A stretch of DNA of 64,000 bases from Takakia lepidozioides. Lineage: Eukaryota; Plantae; Bryophyta. The translations under genes were made by a program, and so were the position numbers. The stretch spans positions 23,870,001-23,934,000 of the forward strand of contig CM060732.1 in NCBI GenBank assembly GCA_030704615.1, read 5' to 3'. Below, one piece after another: positions 13,001 to 25,053 of this stretch. Each line of letters starts with the position of its first letter. The first letter of the stretch is position 1. The notes under the pieces were generated by a model that did no database searches, was not told where the DNA came from, and worked only from the letters and a program-made list of their open reading frames with translations.

Positions 13001-13637
13001 ATGGAGGTGGGTGCGTTTCTCTCTTGAGCATCTTTTGTAACGAACTAGTGGAGTCTCCGTTGAGATACCGCTCATCTGGGTCCAATTGCCAATCTAATCT
13101 GTCCCGCCTTCGGCAATTGGCCTGCTCAATGGGCTACAATGGTGATGGATGCTTGCCACGCGGGAAACGGAGTGCAGTTGCAATTGAATGATTTCTATTT
13201 CTACACTCCCGTTGAGTAGTGTGCACTTGCAGGGTGAGGTGCGGCCAGGAGTCGTGTGCATTACATCTCACTCCTGACCGGGCGCCACATCTGTTCCTGC
13301 GTTTTCTGTGCTATGCAAACAAAGTGATCCCTCACTTTCAGCATGTGTGTGGGGTGGGGGTTAGAAGCAGCTGTATAAGTACCTGCGGCTGGAGGACGCA
13401 GTTATGTGTATCGACCGGAAGGTCAACTTTTATGGTGTCATCGCAGAATATGAACAGCCTAAGCCGACTCGTGGATCTGGTCTCGCCCTAAAACACACAC
13501 AGCACACACACACACACACACTCTCTCTCTCTCCCTCTCCGTCTGTCTCTGTCTCTGTCTCTCTCACACACACACACAATTTAATCTTTCTTGTCCACTG
13601 TATTATTATTGTTTATGATGACCTCGGCCACAAATAT

Positions 13638-13675
<38 letters not shown>

Positions 13676-16600
13676 ACACACACACACACTCATACACACT
13701 AATCAGACGCACAATTAGAGCAGGCATCTCTGATTCACTATATTACCATTCTTTACGATAACATAAATTGACATGACACTATTGGGGTTTAAGGGGAGGG
13801 GCATTGATAACGTTGACATGTGCATACTGAATGCCTGTAGAGAGAGTGAGTGAATTTGCATGGTATGTGTGGTGTGGCAGATCTTATATGCACTATGACT
13901 GTGGTGGATATGTCATACCACAAATGTGGATTAAGGGTTCTTGTTTTCGCACCAACTGTGGAGGTGCTACCTCATGTGCAGGCTGTGGGTGATGTTATTC
14001 GCTTCCATCGTGCCTGGGTTAGTCACACAATCCCCCTTACAGTGGTTCAGATTCTTTGGATTTCCACATGCTTGTATACCATATCAGGGGAGTCTTGATG
14101 TGCTGCGCATATGAGGTGGAATTGTGGCGTTGCTGCTAAAGTATACCACCTGGGGTTTTCTTTCTCCTCTTTCTCTCTTCCTTCTTTCTTTCTTGCTTTT
14201 GGGCTGCTTTTTGGCTTTGGTTTTGTCTCCTCTCTCTTGTTTTTTTCCATTTTGTCCCATAAGCTCATCGAGCTTTCTGTGGACGTTATAGAGTACCATT
14301 TCATTTCATTTCTCCCTTTCTCTTATACCACATATATGCACAAGGTAAAAAACTATTGTGGTATTTGGTCTCTGCTGTACTACAGTTCTAAAGAGTGGTG
14401 GGGTGGCAGATGACACGCCATAATGATGCGCCGCAGGCAAAGGTGAGTCTTAAGTGGGGTGCATTTGTGCTGCTGCAAGGGAAGGGAGGGCAGGGTTATG
14501 TGCCGTATCAGGTGTCGCATGGCAAGTACACCTTGGAGGAACATGACTGGCCTCAGGTGGACCTCCTGCGGGTATGGGCAGTCAACCACCCTCTTGACAC
14601 GGGTGCGTCTTGCTCTGTTATTAAAAGTCGATAACAGCAGTATGTGGGAAACGCTGATTATACAATCATTTTTTAACATTTGATTTGTGGTGTTTGAGAA
14701 GTATGGCTTTGGGGTGTGGGCAACAGGTGAAAACAAATATGCAGTACCCATCAAAGGGATAAAGGAGGGATGCTATTTTGATCTTTGCTGTAAGGTGAGA
14801 ATCTCCTGTCTCTTTATTGTTTGCTGATCTTCAGTATAATTAGAGGGCAGCATGTGTTTAAGGTGATCATTGGGACTTTATAAGTTGGAGAGTCGTCAGT
14901 AATATGTGATCATCTTTCCAATTTTATGGACAAAAGAGTTAAGAACTGGGGGGGTTGGGGGTGAAGGGAATTCAAGGGAGAGATGTGCTAGGGCCCTTGG
15001 TGGGTGAATCAAGTGGATAGCATTGGGTTTGTGTTTAAGAGCAGGGAAGGTTTCTGCAGATATTGTTCGTGGAAGATAAAATTGCAGAGCACAGTTTTGT
15101 CATGTATGTCTGGGATGGCACCGACGCCCCCCCTGCTGAGCTTGGTCCACGGTATGTCAACAGAGTCTGTTGCTTGTATATGTATGCTTTCACGCACTGA
15201 AACTTCCGACCCCTTTTTTCTTCTGTCTGGAATGTCTTCCAGGAAATTGACACCAAGTCTTGACGGAATGTAGGAACATGCCGTGCTATCTTATCCCAAT
15301 CAGAGAGACACTTTGATTTTAGTGGACAAAGACCGACAGCTAACTACTGACAATTGCAGCCAGCAGACAGAAACAGATGAGTCAGAGCAAGGACTGGGGA
15401 ACAGCCAGGAGTGGGCAGTGCCCAGAAACGTGATGCATGGTTTCCCTGCACTAGGCACCGCATTGGCACTGGTACCTGAAATGGGTGCAGAGGAGCTGCT
15501 GCCAGGGCTTCCACAGGCTGGGGACTGGGTGAAGCTGCGCAACTTGGGATGCCGTGTGCGTGAAGGTCTGTACGAATGCCTCGTCCAGCGTGAAAGCAAA
15601 ATCAGCCTCCTCTCTTCTCAAACCCGACTGGTGCAGGACTGCGAAAGGTATCAAAGCTCTCACTCGTTGTCTTTCTGTCATCATTTAACAGGTCTCCTTG
15701 TGAACACGCTAATGAGATAGTCTATGCATATGCATGTCAGCTTTCTTGGATGGAATTGGCTTCACACTAGTCGGGAGATTACAACCTTTGTGCACACATT
15801 GTGGACATTTTCTGACAGAATGAGTTCTGTTTCGGTTGCAGAGCATACCAAGAGCGGTTGGCCACAGAGGAAGCCCGTCTGCCCCAATGGTTTCCAAGGC
15901 CACCTCAATCCATCACAGGTATCCTGTGCAAATTCTTCCTCGTGCTTTCCATGTAAGTGAAGACATGATTTGACAGCTGTGCCGTTGTTTTTGTTTTTTA
16001 TGCAGTGACAGACTACGAACATGTGAGCCTTTCGACATTACGAGAGGTCCTCAGTCATCCAGAGGTCTCTCCCTCCCTTGTGTCTAGTCTTCATGAGGTT
16101 CATTTCTTTCGTTCGGTCTTTCCAGTTGAGCAGAAATCTGGAAGGCCAGAATGGATTGTACATCTCTTATGTTCCACTGCTGGAGCGAGTCTTCTGTGAC
16201 TGCAGGGACCCCCATTCTCATCTCTTCCCATCCCTCTCCGTCCTCTTTGCTGCTTTTCTGCTCCGTCTGAACGGATCTACAACTAAAAGAGTATATAAAT
16301 AACTGGAGTCTCATCCATATATCTCTTTTCTCAGCAATTATACGTCTCCACACCTAATGTATTGTTTGACGGCATCTGGGGTTCTGGATTATTATTCTGG
16401 GTTATTGTTGTCTGTTCCCAATTTTTCTCAGACTTTCCTGAGCAGTAAACAGGAGCTCTTGCATTAATACCCATACCTAGTTAACTTTTGCAACTTCCTC
16501 TTACTAGTGTTCTCCAGCTTTGGCATGTGATTGAAGAAGGTCCCTGCGGGACTATCACGCAGCTGGGAAGTGTCACAACATATTTATATAAGCATTGCAA

Positions 16601-17573
16601 AGGGCCAGGAAGGCAGATTCGAAAAAAGCAACATGAGAGCCAAGTTGCCTTGGTATGCTTGGATTCAAGGCTGTATACTGTTTGTGTGGGCATTTTGTCC
16701 ATTTACAGGTTACGCACAAATTTCGTTGTCTGGTGCGTGTCATAGCCACATGGCCATCCGAGGTGCTTGACTTTTGTGGTCCCCTTGAGAGTTTGCATGA
16801 TGCACAATTTGATGGGCAGCAAGTCGGTGCTTTTGTGTATGGGGTGCGCCTTACTCTGGAGGACCCCACTGCTCGTCTTCATGCTTTTCTATATGGTGAA
16901 GATGCAGTATGCCCCCTACACTTAACTCTTGGCAACCTTTCACTCCTTCAAAGAGATCTTGTCCTCCTGCTCCTGTCAGGTAGAATGTGGAAAAGTCGGT
17001 ACCCACTAGGGTTCTGGATGGTTGAAGTTGTGAAACACTGCACTGTACTTTCGTGATATAAGTTTAAGGAATATGATATTTGTGGATTATTTTGTATGAA
17101 ATTGATGATGCCCTCAGTCAGACAGTCATACAGGATGCGTAAAGATGTGTGTGACTATGCTCTTTGTTCTAGTGAAGTGCAAAAGCTTGGTGTTTCAAGC
17201 ACCAAATGAGATGGGTTATGCTGGTTTTGGAGCTCTTAACTTGTGAATTTTGGAGTAGACACAAGCTTATTATGCTGAAGTACCAGAAAAGTTCAATGGC
17301 GAGAGCAAGATAACAGCGACGGTGCCTGTAGCCTAATCTTGTAGATGGGTGCAGGTCGGGTTTTTCAATGGGCATCCAGCAGCTGACTTGCGTCAACAGG
17401 GGGCCACTGTAGGAGCACTGCAGCGAAAAGTGGGGCGGCTGCTGGGCGTGCAGAATTCAGGTTCACGCAATCCACCCTGGGTGAAATGCTGCCTCAAAGC
17501 ATACTATACCGATAAAGCCCGTTGTTGGGACACCCGCCGCTTCCGTATTTTTGGCACCCGATTTCCTGGCTGA
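13001..17573 (+). CDS. POT1: Protection of telomeres 1 (OB-fold single-stranded telomere-binding protein), about 10-11 exons
   Basis: Exons at ~13371-13479 (YKYLRLEDA..KVNFYGVIAEY), 13881-14017 (DLICTMTVVD..LPHVQAVGDVIRFHR), 14410-14602, 14727-14794, 15060-15151 (YVWDGTDAPP), ~15305-15647 (GDWVKLRN), 15819-15918, ~16006-16063, 16709-16906 (KFRCLVRV..LEDPTARLHA) and 17355-17573 (PWVKCCLKAYY..RFRIFGT). GT-AG junctions. The start ATGGAG|GT at 13001 is inferred. Confidence 0.93.
13492..13698. repeat. Compound (AC)n/(CT)n microsatellites in a POT1 intron
   Basis: Direct reading of the sequence. Confidence 0.9.
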
Positions 17574-18246
17574 TATACTTCTCCCTGTCAGGCTTTTGCT
17601 CTGGCACGCTCCCAGGCATTCATGGTGCTTCACTGCTCTCATTTCTTGGCAGCACACACATTACATAAAGAACAAGATCCACTCTTGGATGCTTTTAGAG
17701 AAAGTAGAGGATTTCAATCGCGAAGAGCAAGCAAACCACAAAACTTTAACACTTACATAGATTGTTACTTTGGTGCAATGATGTGGTTGCTTTGGGAATG
17801 CTGCATGCTTGCATACTCCAAAATATAGCATACATCGGTAAATCCATCTTTTTCTCCCTCCAGTCTACTAGGAAGTGCAGCAACTGCATCTTTGCATGAA
17901 GTGTTCGTCTTCCAGGCAACTCTGTTAGCACTTATTCTCTTTGACTTTGCACTTCAAAAAAGAAGCTAAAGTTGAAAGAGGACTTGCACGCATGTTGTGT
18001 GGAAGTCGTGAATATCAGTGGCACTGAAACACAAGGTTAGAAGGTTAGCTCAAAGTGAAGCTGATAGTTTGGTATCTGCCCCACAATCTTTGGTTTGGAC
18101 AATCCTAAACAGCTCCAATACCTTGCCTCTACCAACTTAGCCCCTTGTTGGGGGCTAGACCACAAGTCAATGAGGAACAGTATGATTAGCTTGATTTCTA
18201 ATCACAGGCATTCTGGGAATACGGAAAGAGAGGCCGGGGAAGTAGT

Positions 18247-19140
18247 AGACCTGGTCGGAGCTGCAAGGATGCCATCAAAGCCATATTCTTAGCTATTCGA
18301 GCCAAGCCTAAGTATGTTCCGAACGCGGACATTTCCAAATGTTTCGATCGACCACGAAGCCCTCTTGGACAAACTTAAAACTCTATCTAGTCTAGCCAGG
18401 CAGATGAAAGCCTGGCTGAAAGCCGACATCATGATCGGATTGGGGAATAATCCCTAGTACGTGGAGACCAATAATATGGACACATATGGGCACTTGTGGT
18501 GTCATCTCCCCACTGCTAGCCAACATTGCTCTCCATGGGATGGAAACAGCTTTGGGGGAGTGGGCACTGAAAGCACACCCCCAAGAACCAACTCCCATGG
18601 TTAGATATGCCAACGACTTCGTTGTACTTCACCAATCCAGGGAGGTGAGTCCTAGTACAGGCTGAGACATTTTTGGGGGGAATGGTAAAGTGCATGACTA
18701 GAATTGCACTTGGATAAGACCCAGATAGTCAACACCAGATCCCCGTTCCAATTCCTAGGGTTCCCAATCAATCATATCTGAAAATGGGGCAAAGTGAAAA
18801 CTTTAATAACTCCATCTCGTGAGTCTCACCGGAGATTTCTCGGGGAGATTCGACGGGCCATCCAACTCTCAAAGGGAAAAGCGGCCTACCAACCTATCGC
18901 AACCCCAGTACCTGAAATAGTGGGATGGGGCAACTACTTCAAATACTCCGAATGCAGCAATGTACTCCGGAGACTAGACCATGACATCTTTCAAAAGATC
19001 CGAGCACGGGTGTATACTTCCCTGAAAGGAGAAGCTGGATCTTCCAAAGGAAAGCACACCAAGATAACTGGATTTCGTACGACTCCTACACAACGGCCGC
19101 TGGGGTGAAAAAAGAATATTACATGGTCAAACCGAGTTGG
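18247..19140 (+). pseudogene. Decayed group II intron reverse transcriptase/maturase fragment, cyanobacterial or chloroplast-like class
   Basis: RPGRSCKDAIKAIFLAIRAKPKYVPNADISKCFD, HEALLDKL, QMKAWLKA, GVISPLLANIALHGME, VRYANDFVVLH (YADD changed to YAND), FQFLGF, and the maturase thumb GWGNYFKYSECSNVLRRLDHDIFQKIR. Several frameshifts. Confidence 0.9.
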
Positions 19141-19548
19141 ATGGCAGAAGGAAGGAGCTCTCACTTGACACAGTCAATTCATTGGCCAACTGACTCAAAA
19201 CACAACTGGCCCTGACTCGCTTACATTTACATTAGAATGGTGTTACCACCTGCTTTAGGCTAGTTTTGGATTATATGTAGCAGAGAGGTGTTGGCACCTT
19301 GCAAGCAGCATTGCTTGGGACATCTACTTACTAAGTTAGGCAACCGTGACTCCCAAAGAGGCATTCCAACACCTGAATGCAAACACAGTTGCAATGAAGA
19401 CTACTGCATGAGACATGTTGACAGAAGGAGCCTGGGGTTTGTGGGGAGTCCCCACACTGTGGCTGTCACTGTGACGGTGTAGGTTGCCTCATCGTGGCCC
19501 TTTCTGGGTTTCGATGTTTTCCCCAATTTTGTGAGGAAGCATCGATGT

Positions 19549-22336
19549 ATGCATGTGAGTATGTTTTTGATGCGATGTGATGGTGTGCACTTAGGCAGTA
19601 AGCAGGTGCTGATGGGGGAAATTCGAGGTGCTTTTGTGAAACAGAGAAGGGAAAGAGGTAGTGAAGGATGCCGTTCTCTTGGTGGTGTGGGAAATAGAAG
19701 GCAGATCCATACCCAGGGATGTCTGCCCCTCAGAGCTCGGATAATAGGGTTAGGGTTACCGGTTGGAGTAAGAAGGAGAAGGTTAAATTGGCTAGAAAGA
19801 ATAGGCGGTGTTGGATGCATAGCTGCAGTAGAGTCGGGGGCTCCGATCGAAATCGTGCAAGAGAGTGAGGATGAAGAGGAGAAAGAAGTGGACGGTTCGA
19901 TTTTGACAGGGGATGGCAGTGAACTGCGCAACACACTGAGGCTGGTGGAGTGCGCCATGCTGGCTGCCACTGCGGGTCTTGCATTCTTCCTCAGCAATTT
20001 GCTTCGCCTCGAGGTGAGTTGGTCTCTCTCAGCAGCCCCCCCACCCCAACTCTCCCTTCGCTTCTCGGAACTCTTTGGGTAGTCCCACAGTTGGAGCGAG
20101 ACTCTCATGCAACTCCTCCTTTCTTTGTAGGTTCTCGAAGCTCTTTGGGTAGTCCCACAGTTGGAACGGGACTCTGCCGTCCATGCTGCTCTCCTTTGCC
20201 GCTACACTCACACCAGACGGGGTCCTATGACGACGATGCTACTACAAGGGAGTTCTTATAGCGTTGTGCGAACTGGGGGTGTACATTTCGTTTAGCATAT
20301 CAAACTTTTCTTGGTTGGAAGAAACTGAAGTTGCTGCGGCATTGTGATTGTGTGCAGTCTTACTTTGGATGTTTCTTCCCACTGCCAGTGGTCATATCAT
20401 CCATGCGATGGGGTGCTGCTGCAGGCAGGAAGACCATGGTTTGTGCTCACCACCTCTCCATGTCTCCTGTCCAGTTAAATCTTCACAATCTCGTCCCTGG
20501 TATCTTGGATTAGTGCTTTGTATAGTCTAATTGTAATACATCATTTTATAAAACAGCAGGTTCTTCCTCAACCTTTCAAGAAAGAAAAGCAGCATCAATC
20601 TACGCTTGTTACTGGAGCTGATGACTGGTTGGCTATGGCAACAGGTGACAACAACAGTACTACTGCTGATACTCTCTGGACCTTTGAAGGCTGCCTCTTA
20701 CCTGGTTATTCCCTCTCCCTCCGTGCTTCTTGATCACTCATAGGCCATTATTTGTCATGATCCAAAGTATGTTCACTCTTGAAGATGACAATAGTAAGTG
20801 AGAGAAAAATTGGAAAGTATCTGTGGTTTACATGTATGATAAGTTACAGAGAGGTTCTGCTTTTGGAGCAACACGGAGCCCAACAAATTCCATGGCTACC
20901 TGCAGAAACAAATTTTCACAAAAATTCATAGTTGCTGAATACTTGTATGGGATGGTGGCGATGCAGTTGATGCATGGATTTGTGGGGCTGGCTATGGGCG
21001 CCTTCTGGAGGTAAGGCTCTTCTGTGCCCACTTAGCTCTGCATCACATCATGTTACTGAAGTCTGCCTAGTTTTATAAGGCCATGAATAGTGTGATGTCT
21101 TTTCCCAGCACATGGTTGCCATGAGTTGAGGGAATAGGTTATGTGGCAGTAGGAACCTAAGGTATAACTGGTTGTTTGCATTGGCAGATGGGATCTTAAC
21201 TGGGGCCTTTCAATAGCAGGTTGCACGGTGGTAAGTGGACTCTCTTCCTCCACAAAGCCCTCCTCTCGTCTTATGTTTCAATTTTCAGAGCAAGTACTTG
21301 ACAAAATATATTTGTCTTAGTGAATTTAATCATTCATTGGTTTCCAGAAAAGTAAGCACTTGGTTCTGGTGTGCAGGTGAGGAGTATCGGAGCAGTGGGG
21401 TTTGTGTTGCTGTCATCTTGGCTTCTGAGAGAAAACCTTCTGGCTCTGGTTAGCTTCTCCTTTCATATGCGGGGGTGTCATGAAATGTTTGAACAATTCA
21501 GTGCACTAGTGAAAGCAGCTATTCCCCCGTTTCTCCATGATGTGGTCTGAATCATCAACAAAGGCAAAAATAATTTTGATATTTTTCCTCTATTATGCTT
21601 ACATTTCCAATTAAGGTTTTTGACATGCAAAGTTGGCCTGACCAGATTATATCGTCACTGGCCATAGTATCCACTTTATTTATGTCCATGTTATTTAGGC
21701 CAACCCACCCACCTCTAATCTTGGAGATGGGCTTGTGTGATGGTGCTTGACGAGTGACATATGGTGCATGGGGGTGCAGATAACGATAAACGCACATGCC
21801 TCAGTTTCATACATGCTGGGGGCTGTTGGTGTGAATGTCGTTCCAACTATGCCAATGATTTACCTTGTGTTTGCCTCCCTGGTATATCTTCCGTCTCCTC
21901 CCTTTGATTTCCCTAGTTGGTATTGTCTTTCAGCAACGGTAGCTTGCTCCTTATGCATCCTTCTACCCTTCCGCACCTGTTGTTTCTGCATGGTGCAGCT
22001 GAAGGGACAATCATGATCTTAACGTTCAGTCTAACCGGATGCATCCACCCAGTCTCCCCCAACTTTGCTCAAAGTCTTAAAAAATTGCTAAAGTTTGGTG
22101 GCTTCTGTCCGCTCGTTAACATTCGGGGTGTGCCAAATGTGAGGTTGGGACGTTCGAGCATGAAACATTGAATTGGTCAAGTGAATGTGGATAGGGTGTG
22201 TGATTGCAACATGCAGGTATTGGTGAACTGCGGGGCATTTGTGTTCCTTCTCCATGTTTTGTACGCCATCTTCTTGCGCCGGCTAGGCATGAAGACTACC
22301 GCATCCGTTCCCGGGTGGGTAGATAGAGCCATGTGA
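19549..22336 (+). CDS. DUF2232-family predicted membrane protein (At1g26180-like), likely organelle-targeted, 8 exons
   Basis: Spliced translation: LRLVECAMLAATAGLAFFLSNLLRLE | SYFGCFFPLPVVISSMRWGAAAGRKTM | VTTTVLLLILSGPLKA | LMHGFVGLAMGAFWR | WDLNWGLSI | VRSIGAVGFVLLSSWLLRENLLAL | ITINAHASV.. | VLVNCGAFVFLLHVLYAIFLRRLG..WVDRAM*. The start codon is uncertain. Confidence 0.88.
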
Positions 22337-23469
22337 AATAGGCTCGGTGTTTTTGCAACTGACGACTTGTCAGTAGTACAGACTGTATGATTTCAGGATC
22401 ATAGAGGAGGTTGTAAGGATAATAACAACATCCACCTTTCAATTTTTTAATGAAATGTTTTTGGCCTGGCCATTTTGGTGTAAAGTGTTGATTGTAACAA
22501 ATGAGATACAGGATAAGGGATGAAATTGAACACCATGCAGTAATTTTATGTCCTCGGTAGTGTATGTATGGGTGTTTGTTTATATCTGCTTGTTTATATC
22601 TGCCAGCTGCAATGTGACGCAAGGGACAAGTGTGGCAGAGACGGGAGGTACACAGAAAAGTGTTCACTATATTTGCAGAGTTTTATAGTTCAAAGCGTAG
22701 ATAAATTTTGTTTATTCAATTTTTGCAAACATGACCATTATATGACAGGACTTGTAGTACATTGGAAGACAGGAATGGATGTTGTTGGTTTTTACAAAAG
22801 AGCGATAACATAGTTCAGCTGTCAAATTTCCTGACTTGTCATTCGTATCATTGACATACATTCAGAAGCTGTAGGAACTACAGTGAACTTCAGGAAGATA
22901 TCCTGTTTGATGCAGAAGTCTATCACACAATAGTTGCATTGCTTTTGATCCCTGGCCACTTTACAACTTCAAACAGGTGGGAGGATTGCTCATAGTCGTA
23001 GCAGTGCTTGATACAGTCTTCAGCAATTGATGAAGAGTGCATTCAAGCAGCAAGTTCAATATACTTCGTTCGTGATTCAGCTAGCATTGACAGGTGCAAC
23101 AGTAGCCTGCAGTAACAAATCTACAAGCTACTTTAGTCAAGATACAAACCAACAATCCACCTATCTACATACTACCGAATGTGCAAAATGAACCAGGCTG
23201 ACAAGAACCAAGCCAAAATGAACCAAGCCACTACACGTTCAAATCATTTTTGCAGCAATGAAGACATACTAGACAAATTATACAATTGCCTTGCAGGTGC
23301 TTGTCAGTTGGACCATGAATCACGAGCAAATTTTGCTGTGTCTACGAAGCACCCAGGGAATCTCTCAAAACTAGAGCGGTAATATCCTCCCTCTTAGTGT
23401 GAGGTCGCATATGATACAGTCTTCGCTTTCATTGATGATCAGTCACATACATTTCATTTTATGAGTGCA

Positions 23470-24396
23470 TTAAGCAATCTGAGCGAGGCATGGGTGCAAG
23501 AGTTTTACCAGGGCAAGACCTTCCTCTTCAACATCCAGGTAATTGGGATCCATTCTGTCTATTGGCAAGGAATCTGCCTCTGTCATCTCCTGTCCTGCAC
23601 GACCCCATGTGTGTTTGCCTCCTCCTCCCCCTGCATCAATACCCTTTAGACTGTCAGTCTTCATCATCTGAATCCTTGATAAATTCTGGCATTAGATCTG
23701 TTCAACAATGATCCTTGAACCGTGAAGAAAATGGCATCTGAAAAGAAATAAAGGTTTTAGAAAGAAAGTACCTATGAAGCCACTTAAAAAGTTATATGCA
23801 TACAAACATTGGTAAGAAGAGAAAAGAAAACCCTTGATTACCTTTCTTGGGAGTACCGACCCTTCCAGATCCTGCCACATGATATTATCCACATTGCAAA
23901 CAAGCATCAATAGCCAGTACGGCGCTAGGGAAAGGTTCAACGAAAGTAGAGCACGCAAAGCCGACAATGGCAAAATAAGTGCGAACTAGACTCATCCAGA
24001 GACGTATGACTTTCGATTGCTCAAGTTGCACTGGAGAATTTTGGATGCTGATTGCTCAACACCTCTACGCTCACAAGAAACTCAGGGATGTAACATTACA
24101 CCAAGTCAGGTCTCAAAACTTACTAAGAAGGGAAAAATCACCCCAGCAGCCAGTCAAACCATAAATTCAGTCGCAGCAAGCATCCGATGAAGGCCTTTTA
24201 AGGCAAAACAAAACGAACCTACAGCATCGACTGTGTTCCGACAATATGGCACGCCAAACAAAATATAAAGATACCGCGAGGCACATCCTATTGCACCAAA
24301 ACCGAGACTGAGCAAACGAAACGAACCTGGATGGCGATCCAAGCGTTCTGCTCCAGTTCTGACTTTACGCTGCCGCAGATAGAGCGTTCCTGCCAT
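23470..24396 (-). CDS. ~80-90 aa micro-protein consisting of the PDCD4/MA3-protein N-terminal motif, with no MA3 domains
   Basis: Exons 24396-24327, 23871-23842 (30 nt) and 23630 onward join by phase-1 GT-AG junctions into MAGTLYLRQRKVRTGAERLDRHPGSGRVGTPKKGGGGGKHTWGRAGQEMTEADSLPIDRMDPNYLDVEEEG. The 3' end is either the stop at 23470 or one more short exon near 23370. Confidence 0.8.
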
Positions 24397-25053
24397 TCTC
24401 CCTAATATCTCAAGTTCTCAGCCCCGTCAAGAATGCAGGAAATCCACAATGTATGAAAACCGGATCCCGGACAAGCGAGACGACAATGTGTCAACTCAAA
24501 ATCAACTGTCGGAAGCAGATTTCAAGAGCAGGGGATGAACAAGAAGCCAAACTAAACACGAGGCTGCTGCGAGGGAGACGACTGCGTTGGCTTTCTAGTC
24601 GCTGAGAACGCGACCCGTGACGTTCCCTCTTCCCAGGCGGGCGCCGCCCCGTCATATCATCCATCCGTATGGATGCATTATTCCCAGTCTGCTCGTAACT
24701 GCTTCATGGAATGGATGCCATCAGTGCATATTCATTCGTCGGTGAGAGCGCGCTGTGACACAGGATAAGAGTGTCAAATATCTGCTGAGTCGGCAGAATC
24801 TATAGATTTGGATGAACAGAATGCTTAGTAATTTAGTTTATGATAAATGCACAATTAAGGGCGGTGGCTCAATGGTTTGGTGGCTCGTGGGTCCGGGGTT
24901 CAATCCTCTGTTAGCCTCATCGCTCATACATGAAAGTGGGGTTCTTTTCTCTAAGAGAAGAACAGACCGTGTAAAATATTTTATTTTGCTTGTGTAATAA
25001 TTCTCACCGAACCTCAGAAAATTAACCATCCCCATGAGGGCTTAAGCACTATA

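Noticed and set aside
19745-19758. TAGGGTTAGGGTTA as an interstitial telomere
   Set aside because: Only two units, inside DUF2232 coding sequence (IGLGL).
20071-20165. 25-bp direct repeat containing GTCCCACA, resembling a snRNA USE
   Set aside because: Local intronic duplication with no TATA or snRNA body downstream.
24859-24916. tRNA gene (TGGCTCAATGG A box and GGTTCAATCC B box)
   Set aside because: A-B spacing is too short and there is no anticodon arm; at most a decayed SINE head. The lone B box near 26135 was rejected likewise.
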